Shown: piece by piece, positions 38,417-48,369 of the stretch
Position numbering within the stretch: the first letter of the stretch is position 1
Layout of the letters: each line of letters starts with the position of its first letter
Source of the DNA: a virus
Direction: 5' to 3' (one strand)
IMG/VR virus record: IMGVR_UViG_3300001533_001295
Coordinates: 1-64,000 of that record
Length of the DNA stretch: 64,000 nt
Made by a program: the position numbers and the translations under genes
Notes under the pieces: model-generated
What the model was told of the DNA's origin: nothing
The model's input: the letters and a program-made list of their open reading frames with translations, nothing else
The model's database searches: none

Positions 38417-40357
38417 GTGATATTCGAAGAGCAGCTCGCACGCAAGCCGGACCATTATCCCTGGACTGAAGAATTTGTGCGAGCTATGTGGGAGGGACAT
38501 TGGACAGACAGAGAATTTAATTTTTGCTCAGATATACATGATTTTAGAACTAATTTAACCGAGCAAGAACAAGAGATAATAGTCAGATGTTTATCGGCCA
38601 TAGCGCAGATAGAAGTAGCTGTTAAGACTTTCTGGGCTAAACTAGGCGATAACTTACCTCACCCGTCTATAAGAGACATGGGGTACGTCATGGCTAACGT
38701 AGAGTGTTATGCCGAAGGAACAGAAGTATTAACTCCATCTGGTTGGTGTAATTTATTTGACGTTAAAAACGGCGACCCAATTTATCAGTACCATCCTGAA
38801 GATGGGTCTTTGTCTGAAACAAAGGCTAAAGATTCTTTTAGTAAGCCTTACAAAGGCGCGATGTTTATTTTTGGTAGTAAGTCTAACAAGTGCATGGTTA
38901 CGCCCAACCACAATATGTTAGTTAGACGTATACGAAGTAATTCTTGGGAGCTGACTAAAGCTACGGCTAAAGATCTGAAGATACATCCGTCTATTAAAAT
39001 GCCAAAGACTACGTATATATCTTCAGAAAAAAAGACCGTTAATAAGCTGAGCTACATGGATAGGCTAGCTATCGCGATACAAGCGGACGGTACAAGAGCT
39101 ATGGGGTATTCTAGGCGTGGCGAGTATGTTGAGCGAGGTTCAACCGGTGGTTACACGTATCAACTTAGGTTTAGGCGTGCTCGAAAAATAGAACGCATCG
39201 AATACTTAATCAGTAATGCCGGAATAGACTACAAAAAGTACACACTTAAAGATGGTGTGACGCAGGTTTTTAACGTTGTTTTCCCTACAGATAATGATTA
39301 TAAGAATTTCTCTTGGGTTGACTTGAGTAATAAATCTACAGACTGGTGTAAAGAGTTTGTAGAAGAATTATTTCATTGGGATGGTAGTTTGCGTCAAAGA
39401 GCTTACTTCTCTAAGTACAAAGAGAATGTAGATTTTTGCCAGCATGTAGGTATTTTGGCCGGCTACCACACAACTGTAGGGTTTACTGACGACTACAGGA
39501 CAGGCCAAAATAGGCGAAAACATAGAGTTTTATTCGCCAAAAAGCCGAGTCTTTGGCGTCATATAAGTGATATGCGTAAAGAAGAAGTTGATTACTTCGG
39601 TAGAGTTGGTTGTGTCACTGTGGACACCGGTGCGATAATGACTCGCTTAGATGGGCGAACATTTATTGCAGGTAATTGTATCCACAATTCGGCCTACGAG
39701 CGTTTATTAGAGGTTCTAGGTATTGAAGATGTATTCGAAAAGAACCTGCAACTAGAGTGGATGCAGGGGCGTGTTAAATACTTACGAAAGTATACACACA
39801 GATTTTATAAAGACAGTAAAAAACAATTTATATATGCCTTAATATTATTTACTCTTTTTGTGGAGAACGTGTCTCTCTTTAGTCAGTTCTACGTAATTAA
39901 TTGGTTTGGTCGTAAAAATTTATTAAAAGACACAAACCAGCAGACGAATTACACACTCAAGGAAGAAGACCTACACGCTAAAGCCGGCATAAAGCTTATA
40001 CAGGTAATAAGAAGCGAGCACCCTGAGTTATTTGATGACGAGCTTCAAGGCCGAATACTAGATGAAGCCCGAGAAGCTTTTAAAGCCGAGTCTAAGATCA
40101 TCGACTGGATGGTTAACGGCATCAAGGACGAGTTACTTTCTGCCGAGCTATTAAAAGAGTTCGTTAAGAACCGTATCAACAGCTCATTAAGTCAGATAGG
40201 GTTTGACTCGGTTTTTGATGTAGACCAGGATATACTCGCCAAGACTCTGTGGTTTGATGAAGAGTCTTTAGGTAACGGTATGACGGACTTTTTCCATGCT
40301 CGTCCGGTAGAGTATTCGAAAAAAGGCCAGAGTTTCTCCGAAGAAGATTTGTTTTAA
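38417..40357 (+). CDS. nrdB: Class Ia ribonucleotide reductase beta subunit with intein
   Basis: AQIEVAV, E..IHNSAY, FVENVSLFSQF, KEEDLH, DFFHARPVEYSK. Confidence 0.93.
   Translation: MIFEEQLARKPDHYPWTEEFVRAMWEGHWTDREFNFCSDIHDFRTNLTEQEQEIIVRCLSAIAQIEVAVKTFWAKLGDNLPHPSIRDMGYVMANVECYAEGTEVLTPSGWCNLFDVKNGDPIYQYHPEDGSLSETKAKDSFSKPYKGAMFIFGSKSNKCMVTPNHNMLVRRIRSNSWELTKATAKDLKIHPSIKMPKTTYISSEKKTVNKLSYMDRLAIAIQADGTRAMGYSRRGEYVERGSTGGYTYQLRFRRARKIERIEYLISNAGIDYKKYTLKDGVTQVFNVVFPTDNDYKNFSWVDLSNKSTDWCKEFVEELFHWDGSLRQRAYFSKYKENVDFCQHVGILAGYHTTVGFTDDYRTGQNRRKHRVLFAKKPSLWRHISDMRKEEVDYFGRVGCVTVDTGAIMTRLDGRTFIAGNCIHNSAYERLLEVLGIEDVFEKNLQLEWMQGRVKYLRKYTHRFYKDSKKQFIYALILFTLFVENVSLFSQFYVINWFGRKNLLKDTNQQTNYTLKEEDLHAKAGIKLIQVIRSEHPELFDDELQGRILDEAREAFKAESKIIDWMVNGIKDELLSAELLKEFVKNRINSSLSQIGFDSVFDVDQDILAKTLWFDEESLGNGMTDFFHARPVEYSKKGQSFSEEDLF
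38705..39676 (+). mobile_element. Intein with LAGLIDADG-like endonuclease in NrdB (324 aa)
   Basis: NVE|CYAEGTEVLT...AIQADG...LFHWDGS...FIAGN|CIH. Confidence 0.88.
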
Positions 40358-40367
40358 AGGAAGCAAC

Positions 40368-43300
40368 ATGTCCGACTTCTACTGGCTTAACAATGACTCT
40401 AGGCTTTTTCTATCCCGAGGATATTTAGCCGAGGGTCAAGAAGCTGAGGATAGGCTTCTAGATATTAGTAAGAACGCTGAGAAGACGTTAGGCCCTAACT
40501 TCGCCGGCTTTGCTGATAAGTTCTATGGTTATTTAGCTAGAGGCTTCTACTCCCTAGCTACGCCGGTCTGGACTAATTACGGAAACGATCGCGGACTTCC
40601 TGTGTCCTGCGTTGTTGGTGATACATGGATAAATACAAAATATAATGGAGGCAAACTAGCTAAAGATATAGAAATAGGAGACGAGGTTTTAACTCATAAA
40701 GGGCAATATAAAAAAGTAACAGATGTAATTTTAACAAAAAATCAAAAAGATATTTATAAAATTAAAATATCTAGCAGAATGACACCACTATACATCACTG
40801 GAAACCATTTGGTTTTAACAAATTTAGGATGGGTTAGATGTGATGAGTTAAATTCAGATTACCATCTTGTCGCTATTAACGGAGATATAGAATATATTGA
40901 GCAAGATTACGAAATAGATCTAAAACCATTTTGTAATTTTGAATCAACTATAATTGATGGTAAAATATGTAAATTAATTACAGACAATATAAAGTATAAA
41001 AAAAGATCAAAGAACGGAGTATATGTTGATTACTACGCTACACCCAAAGAAAAAATACAAGTAGATAACGACCTAGCTTGGGCTTTGGGGTTGTGGTTTG
41101 CCGAGGGATCCCTTAGCACTAGAGGTGGCTCACCGTGCGGAATTCGTATAACGTATAATACTAAAGACGAAAAAGAATTGGGGGATAAATGGTTCCATAT
41201 AATGTCTGAAAAATTCGGCTTAAAAGGTAACATCTATGACAGTGTGTGTAATAGAAATGGAAAATCTACAAGCTGGAGTAACGCAAATATTAACTCTAAT
41301 ATTATAGGTAATTTTTTCGAATCTTTTGGTAAAGGATGTAAAGAAAAAACAATACCTCAATGGATTATTGATCTACCCAAAGAAAAACTTGATCTTTTCT
41401 TAAAAGGCTTGTTGGATGGGGATGGTACAAAAACTAAAAGCAATTCCAACAGAATAACCGTAGCAAATCCTAAAATGCTGCTTCAAATATACCAGATAGG
41501 ACTAAAACTTGGTTTGCAGATGTCGCTGCAAATGCAAGAAAAAGCAGGAAAATTAGCAACAACTACACATACTTATACATGTATCTTTATATCTTATGAA
41601 ACAGATAATAGAAGATCTAGCAGATTTGCTATTAAATTTCATGATGGTTTATATTACTCGAAAATTAGAGAAATATTAAAAACAGATAAATCAGAAGATG
41701 TATATGATTTTACTGTTGAAGATGATCATTCTTTTAGCGCTGCTGGTGTCCTACTTCATAATTGCTTCAACTCACATTTGTCGGACAAAATGCAGTCTAT
41801 ACTATATAAGACTGCTGAAGTCGGCATGATGAGTAAGTACGGCGGCGGCACATCTGGTTACTTCGGCGACATACGTCCTAGAGGCGCGCCTATAAGCGTA
41901 GGCGGCACTTCTAGCGGAGCCGTACACTTTATGGAGTTGTTCGATAAAGTGGCAGATACGGTGAACCAGGGCAACTCTAGGCGCGGATCTTTCGCTGCCT
42001 ACTTACCTGTAAGCCATCCCGACATACTAGAGTTTTTGCGCATAAGATCTGACGGCCATCCTATTCAGAACATGTCGATAGGTGTAACTATCACCGACGA
42101 CTGGATGAGAGATATGATTGCCGGAGACAAAGACAAGCGTAAGGTATGGGCTAAGATAATTGAGAAGAGATTTGAGAGCGGTTATCCTTATGTCGCTTTT
42201 ATAGACAACATTAATAAAAACAATCCTAAAGTTTATAAAGATAAAAATTTAAGCGTAAAATCACAAAATCTTTGCGTTGCTGGAGACCAGCGGGTTGTAA
42301 CTAGCCGAGGTATGCTTACAGCTAAAGAGCTGTATGAGATCGGAGGTAACTTAACACTGTTTGACAACGATAAGATTGTTAATTCAGGGCCTATGTCTCT
42401 TGTAGAACGTATGGCCGATGTCTATGAAATTGAGCTAGATAACGGCCTCACACATAAAGTTACTAGCTACCATAAAGTTAAAGTCAGGACGTCTGGCACT
42501 TTGGATACGGTAGTTAAGACGGCCGACGTAGCTTGCTCAGATTTAAACGTAGGCGATTTAGTAGCTGTTCAGACTAATAAAGGTCTGTTTGGTGACGTCA
42601 ATAAAGAAGATGAAGCTTTTCTACTAGGCTTGCACCAATCAGAAACTGAAGATAATACGTTAACTGAAGTCCCAGACTGGATCTGGGAGTCAAACGAAGA
42701 TACGCAGAGAGCATATATAAGAGGCCTACTACTTCCAAATATTGGAAGAGGGCTGCACCACCGGTCAAAGGACTTCCTAAAAGACTTACAACTCGTACTA
42801 GTGAATTTGGGAATTAACTGTGCTTTAAAATTAAGAGAAGCTGAAGGGGTTTATACACTTTATAGTTTAGACGATGATTTAGATAACGCCTTCCATAAAA
42901 TTAAGTCTATTAATTACGTAGGCCAAGAAGACGTCTACTGCGTGACTGTAGACTCAGCAGAGCACCATTGGGTCTGCAACGGAGTCGTAACACATAACTG
43001 CGCGGAAATATCGCTCCATTCAGATGAAAAATACTCTTTTGTATGCGTGTTATCTTCTATAAACTTAGAACACTGGGATGCTATAAAGTCTACAGACGCG
43101 GTCGAGACGCTAATATATTTCCTCGACACGGTAAACGAGGAGTTCGTCCGTAAGTCTAAGGATCTTCCTTTTATGGAACATCCTTATAATTTCGCTAAAG
43201 ACCATAGGGCTCTAGGTCTTGGGGTTTTAGGCTGGCACTCGTATCTTCAGTCTAAGATGATACCTTTCGATAGCTTTGAAGCTAATCTAGAGAACGTAAG

Positions 43301-43901
43301 CATCTTTAAGACTATATCTGAGCGCTGTAAAGCAGCTACGACTAAGCTAGCGGATGTTCTAGGTGAGCCAGATATTCTAAAAGGTTACGGCGCGCGTAAT
43401 ACGCACACAATGGCGATAGCTCCTACGACATCTTCGTCTTTTATATTAGGTCAGGTATCACCTAGCATAGAGCCACTCAATAGTAACTACTTTGTTAAGC
43501 GTTTAGCCAAAGGTAACTTCACTTATAGAAATCCTTATCTAGTGGATTTACTAAAGGCTAAAAATAAGGATGACGCTAACACGTGGCACAGCATCCTAAC
43601 GCACGGCGGATCTGTACAGCATTTAGACTTTATGGACGACCATGAGAAGAACGTCTTTAAGACCTTCTCAGAAATTAGTCCTAAGCAAGTCATAATTCAA
43701 GCTGCCCAACGCCAGCAGCACATCGATCAAGGTCAGAGCTTAAACATCATGATACCGCCTGGTACTAAGGCTAAGTTAGTAAGTGATCTTATGATCTTTG
43801 CTTGGGAGCAAGGAGTAAAGAGTCTCTACTATCAGCGAAGCGCTAATCCATCTCAGCAGTTGTCTAGAGAGATACTAAACTGCTCTGCATGCGAGTCGTA
43901 G
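40368..43901 (+). CDS. nrdA: Class Ia ribonucleotide reductase alpha subunit with two inteins
   Basis: LPVSC, KYGGGT, QGNSRRG, NLC.EI, AIAPT, HIDQGQSLN, KSLYY, C-terminal CSAC. Confidence 0.95.
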   Translation: MSDFYWLNNDSRLFLSRGYLAEGQEAEDRLLDISKNAEKTLGPNFAGFADKFYGYLARGFYSLATPVWTNYGNDRGLPVSCVVGDTWINTKYNGGKLAKDIEIGDEVLTHKGQYKKVTDVILTKNQKDIYKIKISSRMTPLYITGNHLVLTNLGWVRCDELNSDYHLVAINGDIEYIEQDYEIDLKPFCNFESTIIDGKICKLITDNIKYKKRSKNGVYVDYYATPKEKIQVDNDLAWALGLWFAEGSLSTRGGSPCGIRITYNTKDEKELGDKWFHIMSEKFGLKGNIYDSVCNRNGKSTSWSNANINSNIIGNFFESFGKGCKEKTIPQWIIDLPKEKLDLFLKGLLDGDGTKTKSNSNRITVANPKMLLQIYQIGLKLGLQMSLQMQEKAGKLATTTHTYTCIFISYETDNRRSSRFAIKFHDGLYYSKIREILKTDKSEDVYDFTVEDDHSFSAAGVLLHNCFNSHLSDKMQSILYKTAEVGMMSKYGGGTSGYFGDIRPRGAPISVGGTSSGAVHFMELFDKVADTVNQGNSRRGSFAAYLPVSHPDILEFLRIRSDGHPIQNMSIGVTITDDWMRDMIAGDKDKRKVWAKIIEKRFESGYPYVAFIDNINKNNPKVYKDKNLSVKSQNLCVAGDQRVVTSRGMLTAKELYEIGGNLTLFDNDKIVNSGPMSLVERMADVYEIELDNGLTHKVTSYHKVKVRTSGTLDTVVKTADVACSDLNVGDLVAVQTNKGLFGDVNKEDEAFLLGLHQSETEDNTLTEVPDWIWESNEDTQRAYIRGLLLPNIGRGLHHRSKDFLKDLQLVLVNLGINCALKLREAEGVYTLYSLDDDLDNAFHKIKSINYVGQEDVYCVTVDSAEHHWVCNGVVTHNCAEISLHSDEKYSFVCVLSSINLEHWDAIKSTDAVETLIYFLDTVNEEFVRKSKDLPFMEHPYNFAKDHRALGLGVLGWHSYLQSKMIPFDSFEANLENVSIFKTISERCKAATTKLADVLGEPDILKGYGARNTHTMAIAPTTSSSFILGQVSPSIEPLNSNYFVKRLAKGNFTYRNPYLVDLLKAKNKDDANTWHSILTHGGSVQHLDFMDDHEKNVFKTFSEISPKQVIIQAAQRQQHIDQGQSLNIMIPPGTKAKLVSDLMIFAWEQGVKSLYYQRSANPSQQLSREILNCSACES
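40608..41762 (+). mobile_element. NrdA intein 1 with LAGLIDADG endonuclease (385 aa)
   Basis: PVS|CVVGDT...LGLWFAEG...KGLLDGDG...VYDFTVEDDHSF...LHN|CF. Confidence 0.92.
42273..42998 (+). mobile_element. NrdA intein 2 with degenerate endonuclease (242 aa)
   Basis: SQNL|CVAGDQ...FLLGL...AYIRGL...VYCVTV...VTHN|CAEI. Confidence 0.92.
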
Positions 43902-44092
43902 TAAACACGCAAGAAACTGGCTTAACGTCTTTAACTAGTTACGTTGAAGTCATAAGACACACAGGCCCCGTTACTATATTTAGTAACGGGGTTTTGTTTC
44001 AACATAACCCGCTAGAAGATGCGTACAATTTTATAGACACCAGAAATAAAGTTTTTTACAGAAGCATACTTTATGAAGTACGGCCCAAATGA
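43889..44092 (+). CDS. RxTGP-family small protein
   Basis: IRHTGP. Confidence 0.7.
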   Translation: MRVVVNTQETGLTSLTSYVEVIRHTGPVTIFSNGVLFQHNPLEDAYNFIDTRNKVFYRSILYEVRPK

Positions 44093-44110
44093 TGAGATAT
44101 CTTTAAACCT

Positions 44111-44335
44111 ATGACTATGTTGGTAAAAATTAATTCTCTAACTAACGGTGGTAATGAAAATCCTTATCTAACTTTAGAGTACGGTAGAAACTACAAAAAC
44201 AAACATAGACAAACCGGACCTACTCAGTACATACACAACAATAACGGAATATTACTTGCTAAAAACACTTCGCATAAAATTATTTATTTTAGAGAGAAAT
44301 TAGCTACAAATTGGATAAAAGAATGGCCAAGTTAA
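44111..44335 (+). CDS. RxTGP-family small protein
   Basis: HRQTGP. Confidence 0.7.
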   Translation: MTMLVKINSLTNGGNENPYLTLEYGRNYKNKHRQTGPTQYIHNNNGILLAKNTSHKIIYFREKLATNWIKEWPS

Positions 44336-44538
44336 AGCCAGGCGAGGCCGGAATGCTAGTTGAAGTAAATAGTTTATCTTTTATTTACGGTAATAGTAGG
44401 TATTTAAGGTGTACAGGCCCGTCCATTTGTCGCGAAAATAGAGTGTCTTTTGATACGTGGAACTACAGTACCTTGGAAAACAGACTGAAACATGTTAAAG
44501 CCAAAGATAGAGAACACAATATCCCATGGCTCAGCTAA
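44311..44538 (+). CDS. RxTGP-family small protein
   Basis: LRCTGP. Confidence 0.7.
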   Translation: MDKRMAKLKPGEAGMLVEVNSLSFIYGNSRYLRCTGPSICRENRVSFDTWNYSTLENRLKHVKAKDREHNIPWLS

Positions 44539-44765
44539 CTGCGTCAGTTTACTTAAATAATTACAGAAAAACCATGATAACCAAAACCGAAAGCCTAGTA
44601 GTTGAGGTAACTAAGGTTAGTGTTGTTTACGGCGACTACCTCAAACTGAGGTACACAGGTCCGTCAGTCTGTTTCATGTCTAGAATAACTTACGACAGAA
44701 CATCTAAAAGTACTTCTAAACTAAAACATATTGACGCTAAACATAGAAAATTAACTTTCACGTGA
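44526..44765 (+). CDS. RxTGP-family small protein
   Basis: LRYTGP. Confidence 0.7.
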   Translation: MAQLTASVYLNNYRKTMITKTESLVVEVTKVSVVYGDYLKLRYTGPSVCFMSRITYDRTSKSTSKLKHIDAKHRKLTFT

Positions 44766-44772
44766 GGATTGA

Positions 44773-44985
44773 ATGGTTCAAATAAAAATAAGCAAAGATT
44801 CTTTAACTTATTGTTTAGAAGAAAAAAGTGAAACACGTAGCAATCGCATTTTTTTAATGCGCAGATCTACCGGGTCATCACATATAAACAATAAATATAT
44901 GTGTCTACATAAATCAATTTTAAAATCTAACGATGATGTCGTTACTTTCTTCTTTAACTACAAAAAAATCTTTAACAGAGCCTAA
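44773..44985 (+). CDS. RxTGP-family small protein (divergent)
   Basis: RRSTGS. Confidence 0.6.
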   Translation: MVQIKISKDSLTYCLEEKSETRSNRIFLMRRSTGSSHINNKYMCLHKSILKSNDDVVTFFFNYKKIFNRA

Positions 44986-45200
44986 TGAACACAGTATTTG
45001 TATTTATATCTGCTAATAAAGTATCTGTGTTTATATCTGCTGATAAAATCAAGACTAAAAGACACACGTATATGTACTACTCTAACACCGACGGCTCAGG
45101 GCGAGTAAACTACACCGGACCAGTAGTTATGGGAGATGCGTATATAAGCGTATACAATTTTAAGTTTAAGTATGTACGGAAAATTCCAAGTATATCGTAA
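44985..45200 (+). CDS. RxTGP-family small protein
   Basis: VNYTGP. Confidence 0.7.
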   Translation: MNTVFVFISANKVSVFISADKIKTKRHTYMYYSNTDGSGRVNYTGPVVMGDAYISVYNFKFKYVRKIPSIS

Positions 45201-45423
45201 AATGGCTAGACATAAAAAACATACGTGTCAGGTAACCGTCTCTGAGCCGTCTGCAATTAGCACAATTATTATTTACGGGCAGTACGCTTCATGCAGACAC
45301 ACCGGCCCCTCTGTGGTATCTTCTGACCACATTTGTCTAGAGTACAATGACTGTAACAACTTATATGAATTAAAAATTTGCTATTTTAGGACTACAAAAA
45401 TCGAAAAGTCAATTTGTGCTTAA
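45172..45423 (+). CDS. RxTGP-family small protein
   Basis: CRHTGP. Confidence 0.7.
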   Translation: MYGKFQVYRKMARHKKHTCQVTVSEPSAISTIIIYGQYASCRHTGPSVVSSDHICLEYNDCNNLYELKICYFRTTKIEKSICA

Positions 45424-45432
45424 ATTTACACA

Positions 45433-45678
45433 TTGATAAGAAAAATTATGCCTCATGTAATCATTTCTAGATATAGTGTAATTATTTATAAAATATACGA
45501 TGAAAATATGAACGATAACATCGCACTTAACTACTACTGCGGGTCCTTAACCTGTCGTCGGTATACTGGACCTGGCATAATTCGGGCTAGTAATATTTGT
45601 CTAATTTATTCTGAAGCATCAGGAGAAACTCATTTTAAGGTCTGTAAATTTAAGCTTAAGAGGGCGTCATGCTTGTAG
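45433..45678 (+). CDS. RxTGP-family small protein
   Basis: RRYTGP. Confidence 0.7.
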   Translation: MIRKIMPHVIISRYSVIIYKIYDENMNDNIALNYYCGSLTCRRYTGPGIIRASNICLIYSEASGETHFKVCKFKLKRASCL

Positions 45679-45914
45679 AAGTTTCTAATAATATAACAGT
45701 TTATGGTAGTTACGTAGAAGCTAGATATACTGGCCCTGCGGTATTTCGTCATGATTCGGTTTATCTAGATTATTATATAAATTTTAAAGAACGTAATTCA
45801 GTGCAGATACAGCTAGGTAGTGCTGTTAAACCCGTAGAATGTTTTACTCAAAAAATTTGCTACTTTAAGATCAAAAAGACAAACGATCTTTTTGATTTTA
45901 GTACTAAGCAATGA
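45669..45914 (+). CDS. RxTGP-family small protein
   Basis: ARYTGP. Confidence 0.7.
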   Translation: MLVEVSNNITVYGSYVEARYTGPAVFRHDSVYLDYYINFKERNSVQIQLGSAVKPVECFTQKICYFKIKKTNDLFDFSTKQ

Positions 45915-46099
45915 GACTGAAGATTCAACCGTATAGCGTAACTATCGCTAAAGTAGGGATTAATAATTTCCTAAAATACTACGTCATATATAGTCCTGAA
46001 ATGAGTCAGTTTAGGTATACCGGGCCAGCTATAATTTGGGCTAACATTTCTTTTTTAGACAAAATATTTGCAGCACGAGCCGCTGCCAGGATGTTTTAG
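45911..46099 (+). CDS. RxTGP-family small protein
   Basis: FRYTGP. Confidence 0.7.
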   Translation: MRLKIQPYSVTIAKVGINNFLKYYVIYSPEMSQFRYTGPAIIWANISFLDKIFAARAAARMF

Positions 46100-46101
46100 C
46101 G

Positions 46102-46281
46102 ATGTTTAGTGTATCTATAACGCATATAGGCTTAGGGTATGGTAATTTTATCTTAGCTAGAAATACCGGGCCTCGGTTAATAATTAAAAACTACGTCGTC
46201 TTACAGTATCTGTCTCCAGAGAAAGTCTACTGCTGTAAAATTTGCGCGCACTCAAACAAACAAAATTACTATGCAAGTTAA
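46102..46281 (+). CDS. RxTGP-family small protein (59 aa, not in ORF track)
   Basis: MFSVSITHIGLGYGNFILARNTGP... Confidence 0.7.
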   Translation: MFSVSITHIGLGYGNFILARNTGPRLIIKNYVVLQYLSPEKVYCCKICAHSNKQNYYAS

Positions 46282-46417
46282 TATAAATGCTTTTAACGTG
46301 TTAATTTATGACTTCGTCAGACATACTGGGCCTTGTGCGCTAGATAATGGAAGTTTCGATTTAGATGTTTATTCGACTGAAAACGGTTATTACGTGCAGA
46401 CTTTTTGTTATCTCTAG
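46271..46417 (+). CDS. RxTGP-family small protein (48 aa, not in ORF track)
   Basis: MQVNINAFNVLIYDFVRHTGP... Confidence 0.7.
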   Translation: MQVNINAFNVLIYDFVRHTGPCALDNGSFDLDVYSTENGYYVQTFCYL

Positions 46418-46506
46418 TAAGCAAACAATCGACTATCCCCACTGAGTGAAAAAGCTTAGATAAGCGTAACTTTTTTAAATTCTACTTACCTGAGAACAAA
46501 CACTGC

Positions 46507-46737
46507 ATGACTAATTTGAGCGTAACAGTGTCGAATATGAAGATATCGTACGGTGACTATATTTCTAGATATCAGGTTGTTAGAGCTGGCCTTACTTTCT
46601 ATAGACATACAGGACCTTATGTAGTCTCAGACAACTACGTTCTACTTGATACATACTTTCAGCAAATACTTGTAAAACTCATTACTTCCGTTAGGTGTTT
46701 AATAATATGTCTCAAATTGGTACCTTTAATAGAATGA
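46507..46737 (+). CDS. RxTGP-family small protein
   Basis: YRHTGP. Confidence 0.7.
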   Translation: MTNLSVTVSNMKISYGDYISRYQVVRAGLTFYRHTGPYVVSDNYVLLDTYFQQILVKLITSVRCLIICLKLVPLIE

Positions 46738-46982
46738 CGAACGTAACTAGTCACAGTGAGGACGGCTGTCAGATAGTTCCCCAGTTAATAAAAATTTCAA
46801 AAAACGAGGTTGTTTATGGTAACAGATACTTAATTAGATATACCGGGCCTTCTATAATATACTCGATATCATGCTGTGCAGATCTTAGTCATTTCCCAAA
46901 CACGTACCGTCAAATAATTTTTGACATACGTAAAAAAAAATTATGTAGACATGAAACAGAATATAAAAAACAAGTATTTTAA
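46695..46982 (+). CDS. RxTGP-family small protein
   Basis: IRYTGP. Confidence 0.7.
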   Translation: MFNNMSQIGTFNRMTNVTSHSEDGCQIVPQLIKISKNEVVYGNRYLIRYTGPSIIYSISCCADLSHFPNTYRQIIFDIRKKKLCRHETEYKKQVF

Positions 46983-47214
46983 AAGACATCCTCCAATGTA
47001 TAGGTTTCCAACCATAAACATGCGGCTGAAATTTAAAATTTTTGTAAAAATAGTTGATAGAAGAAATTTAAACTACAGTTTCTTAGGAAAATACTCATTA
47101 AGAGATCACCGATTAACCGGCCCCGCCGTAATCACTAACAGATACGTTGCTTTAAAACATAATTTGTCTAGAAAATCTAAATTCTATTTTTACACTAATA
47201 AAAAATCTTTGTGA
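46921..47214 (+). CDS. RxTGP-family small protein
   Basis: HRLTGPAVI. Confidence 0.7.
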   Translation: MTYVKKNYVDMKQNIKNKYFKRHPPMYRFPTINMRLKFKIFVKIVDRRNLNYSFLGKYSLRDHRLTGPAVITNRYVALKHNLSRKSKFYFYTNKKSL

Positions 47215-47244
47215 TCGTTGCTTCTTCTAAGGTAGCGCGCTTGC

Positions 47245-47445
47245 ATGTTTAAAGTAGTAGTAGATAGCTCAGGGATATGGTACTACTCACCGTTAGGGCT
47301 AGCTAAGTACACCGGTCCTTGTATAGCGGGTCGTAATTATTTTGTTTTAAAGAAAATAATAAAACTAAGAAAACGCAATAATGGACGTAGGCCGCTGCTG
47401 CATTATAGATACGCAGTTAAATACCGTGAAATTAAAATTATCTAG
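47245..47445 (+). CDS. RxTGP-family small protein
   Basis: AKYTGP. Confidence 0.7.
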   Translation: MFKVVVDSSGIWYYSPLGLAKYTGPCIAGRNYFVLKKIIKLRKRNNGRRPLLHYRYAVKYREIKII

Positions 47446-47667
47446 ATGTTCCCAGTAAAGATATCACTACACCATATAGTTTATGTCAGTACCGATGGAC
47501 CAGGTCGAATAAGATACACTGGACCAGCAATTGTAGGGCGTACGTATTCATATTTATATTCGTTCCAAGAAAAATACCGTATTAGAAAAATTTATGATTT
47601 TAGGCTTAAAACAAGTTACGTATTTGCAGAGGAATTAGATGTTAAGGATAGAAGTATCGTTAAGTAG
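47446..47667 (+). CDS. RxTGP-family small protein
   Basis: IRYTGP. Confidence 0.7.
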   Translation: MFPVKISLHHIVYVSTDGPGRIRYTGPAIVGRTYSYLYSFQEKYRIRKIYDFRLKTSYVFAEELDVKDRSIVK

Positions 47668-47803
47668 GGTAATTTACGTCTACGGCAGATATACCGGTCC
47701 TTCCTCAATATTTCTTCTAAGAATTTACTTAGACTCGATTAAAGAAGGACGCTATGTTGAAAAAATCTATGATTTTATAAATAAGTCCGAGCAGATTTTT
47801 TAG
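47639..47803 (+). CDS. RxTGP-family small protein (54 aa, not in ORF track)
   Basis: MLRIEVSLSRVIYVYGRYTGP...YLDSIKEG. Confidence 0.7.
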   Translation: MLRIEVSLSRVIYVYGRYTGPSSIFLLRIYLDSIKEGRYVEKIYDFINKSEQIF

Positions 47804-47808
47804 TTAGG

Positions 47809-48000
47809 ATGCAGATGATCAAGATAAAAATAGCGCCAGGTCGTGTAATGTACGACCACAGCTTATATAGGTATACCGGTCCTTACGTAATATTTCCTAG
47901 ACTAATCTTCTTAGACTCGTTTAAAGAAGAACTATATGTTCAAATAATTTATGATATTAAACGTAAATGCGAGCAAAATACGGATATGTCTGAAAATTAG
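47809..48000 (+). CDS. RxTGP-family small protein
   Basis: YRYTGP...LDSFKEE. Confidence 0.7.
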   Translation: MQMIKIKIAPGRVMYDHSLYRYTGPYVIFPRLIFLDSFKEELYVQIIYDIKRKCEQNTDMSEN

Positions 48001-48192
48001 ATGTTCGGCGTAAGGATAACACTAGACTGCGTAATCTACGGCACTTTAGAATCATATAGATACACCGGTCCCTCTGTAGTACGCGCTAGCGCCGCCTACT
48101 TAGACTCGATTAAAGAAGGGGGTTATGTGCAGATAATTCATGAGGTTAAACATAAATCAAAACGAACTGTAAATTTAACTGATTATACGTAG
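48001..48192 (+). CDS. RxTGP-family small protein
   Basis: YRYTGP...YLDSIKEG. Confidence 0.7.
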   Translation: MFGVRITLDCVIYGTLESYRYTGPSVVRASAAYLDSIKEGGYVQIIHEVKHKSKRTVNLTDYT

Positions 48193-48248
48193 TGGCACTT
48201 ACTTAGACTCGATTAAAGAAGGGGGTTATGTGCAGATAATTCATGAGG
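48097..48248 (+). repeat. Exact 49-bp direct repeat (48097-48145 and 48200-48248)
   Basis: tacttagactcgattaaagaagggggttatgtgcagataattcatgagg twice. Confidence 0.9.
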
Positions 48249-48369
48249 ACCACAATCCAATATATGTTAATAGTCCGTTTAAGATGCAAACTCAGTTTAG
48301 TACGGACTTTACTATTGAAGAAATTATAAAAAGTGATGAAGTAGCGAAGTTTATGTCACGGTTTGAGTA

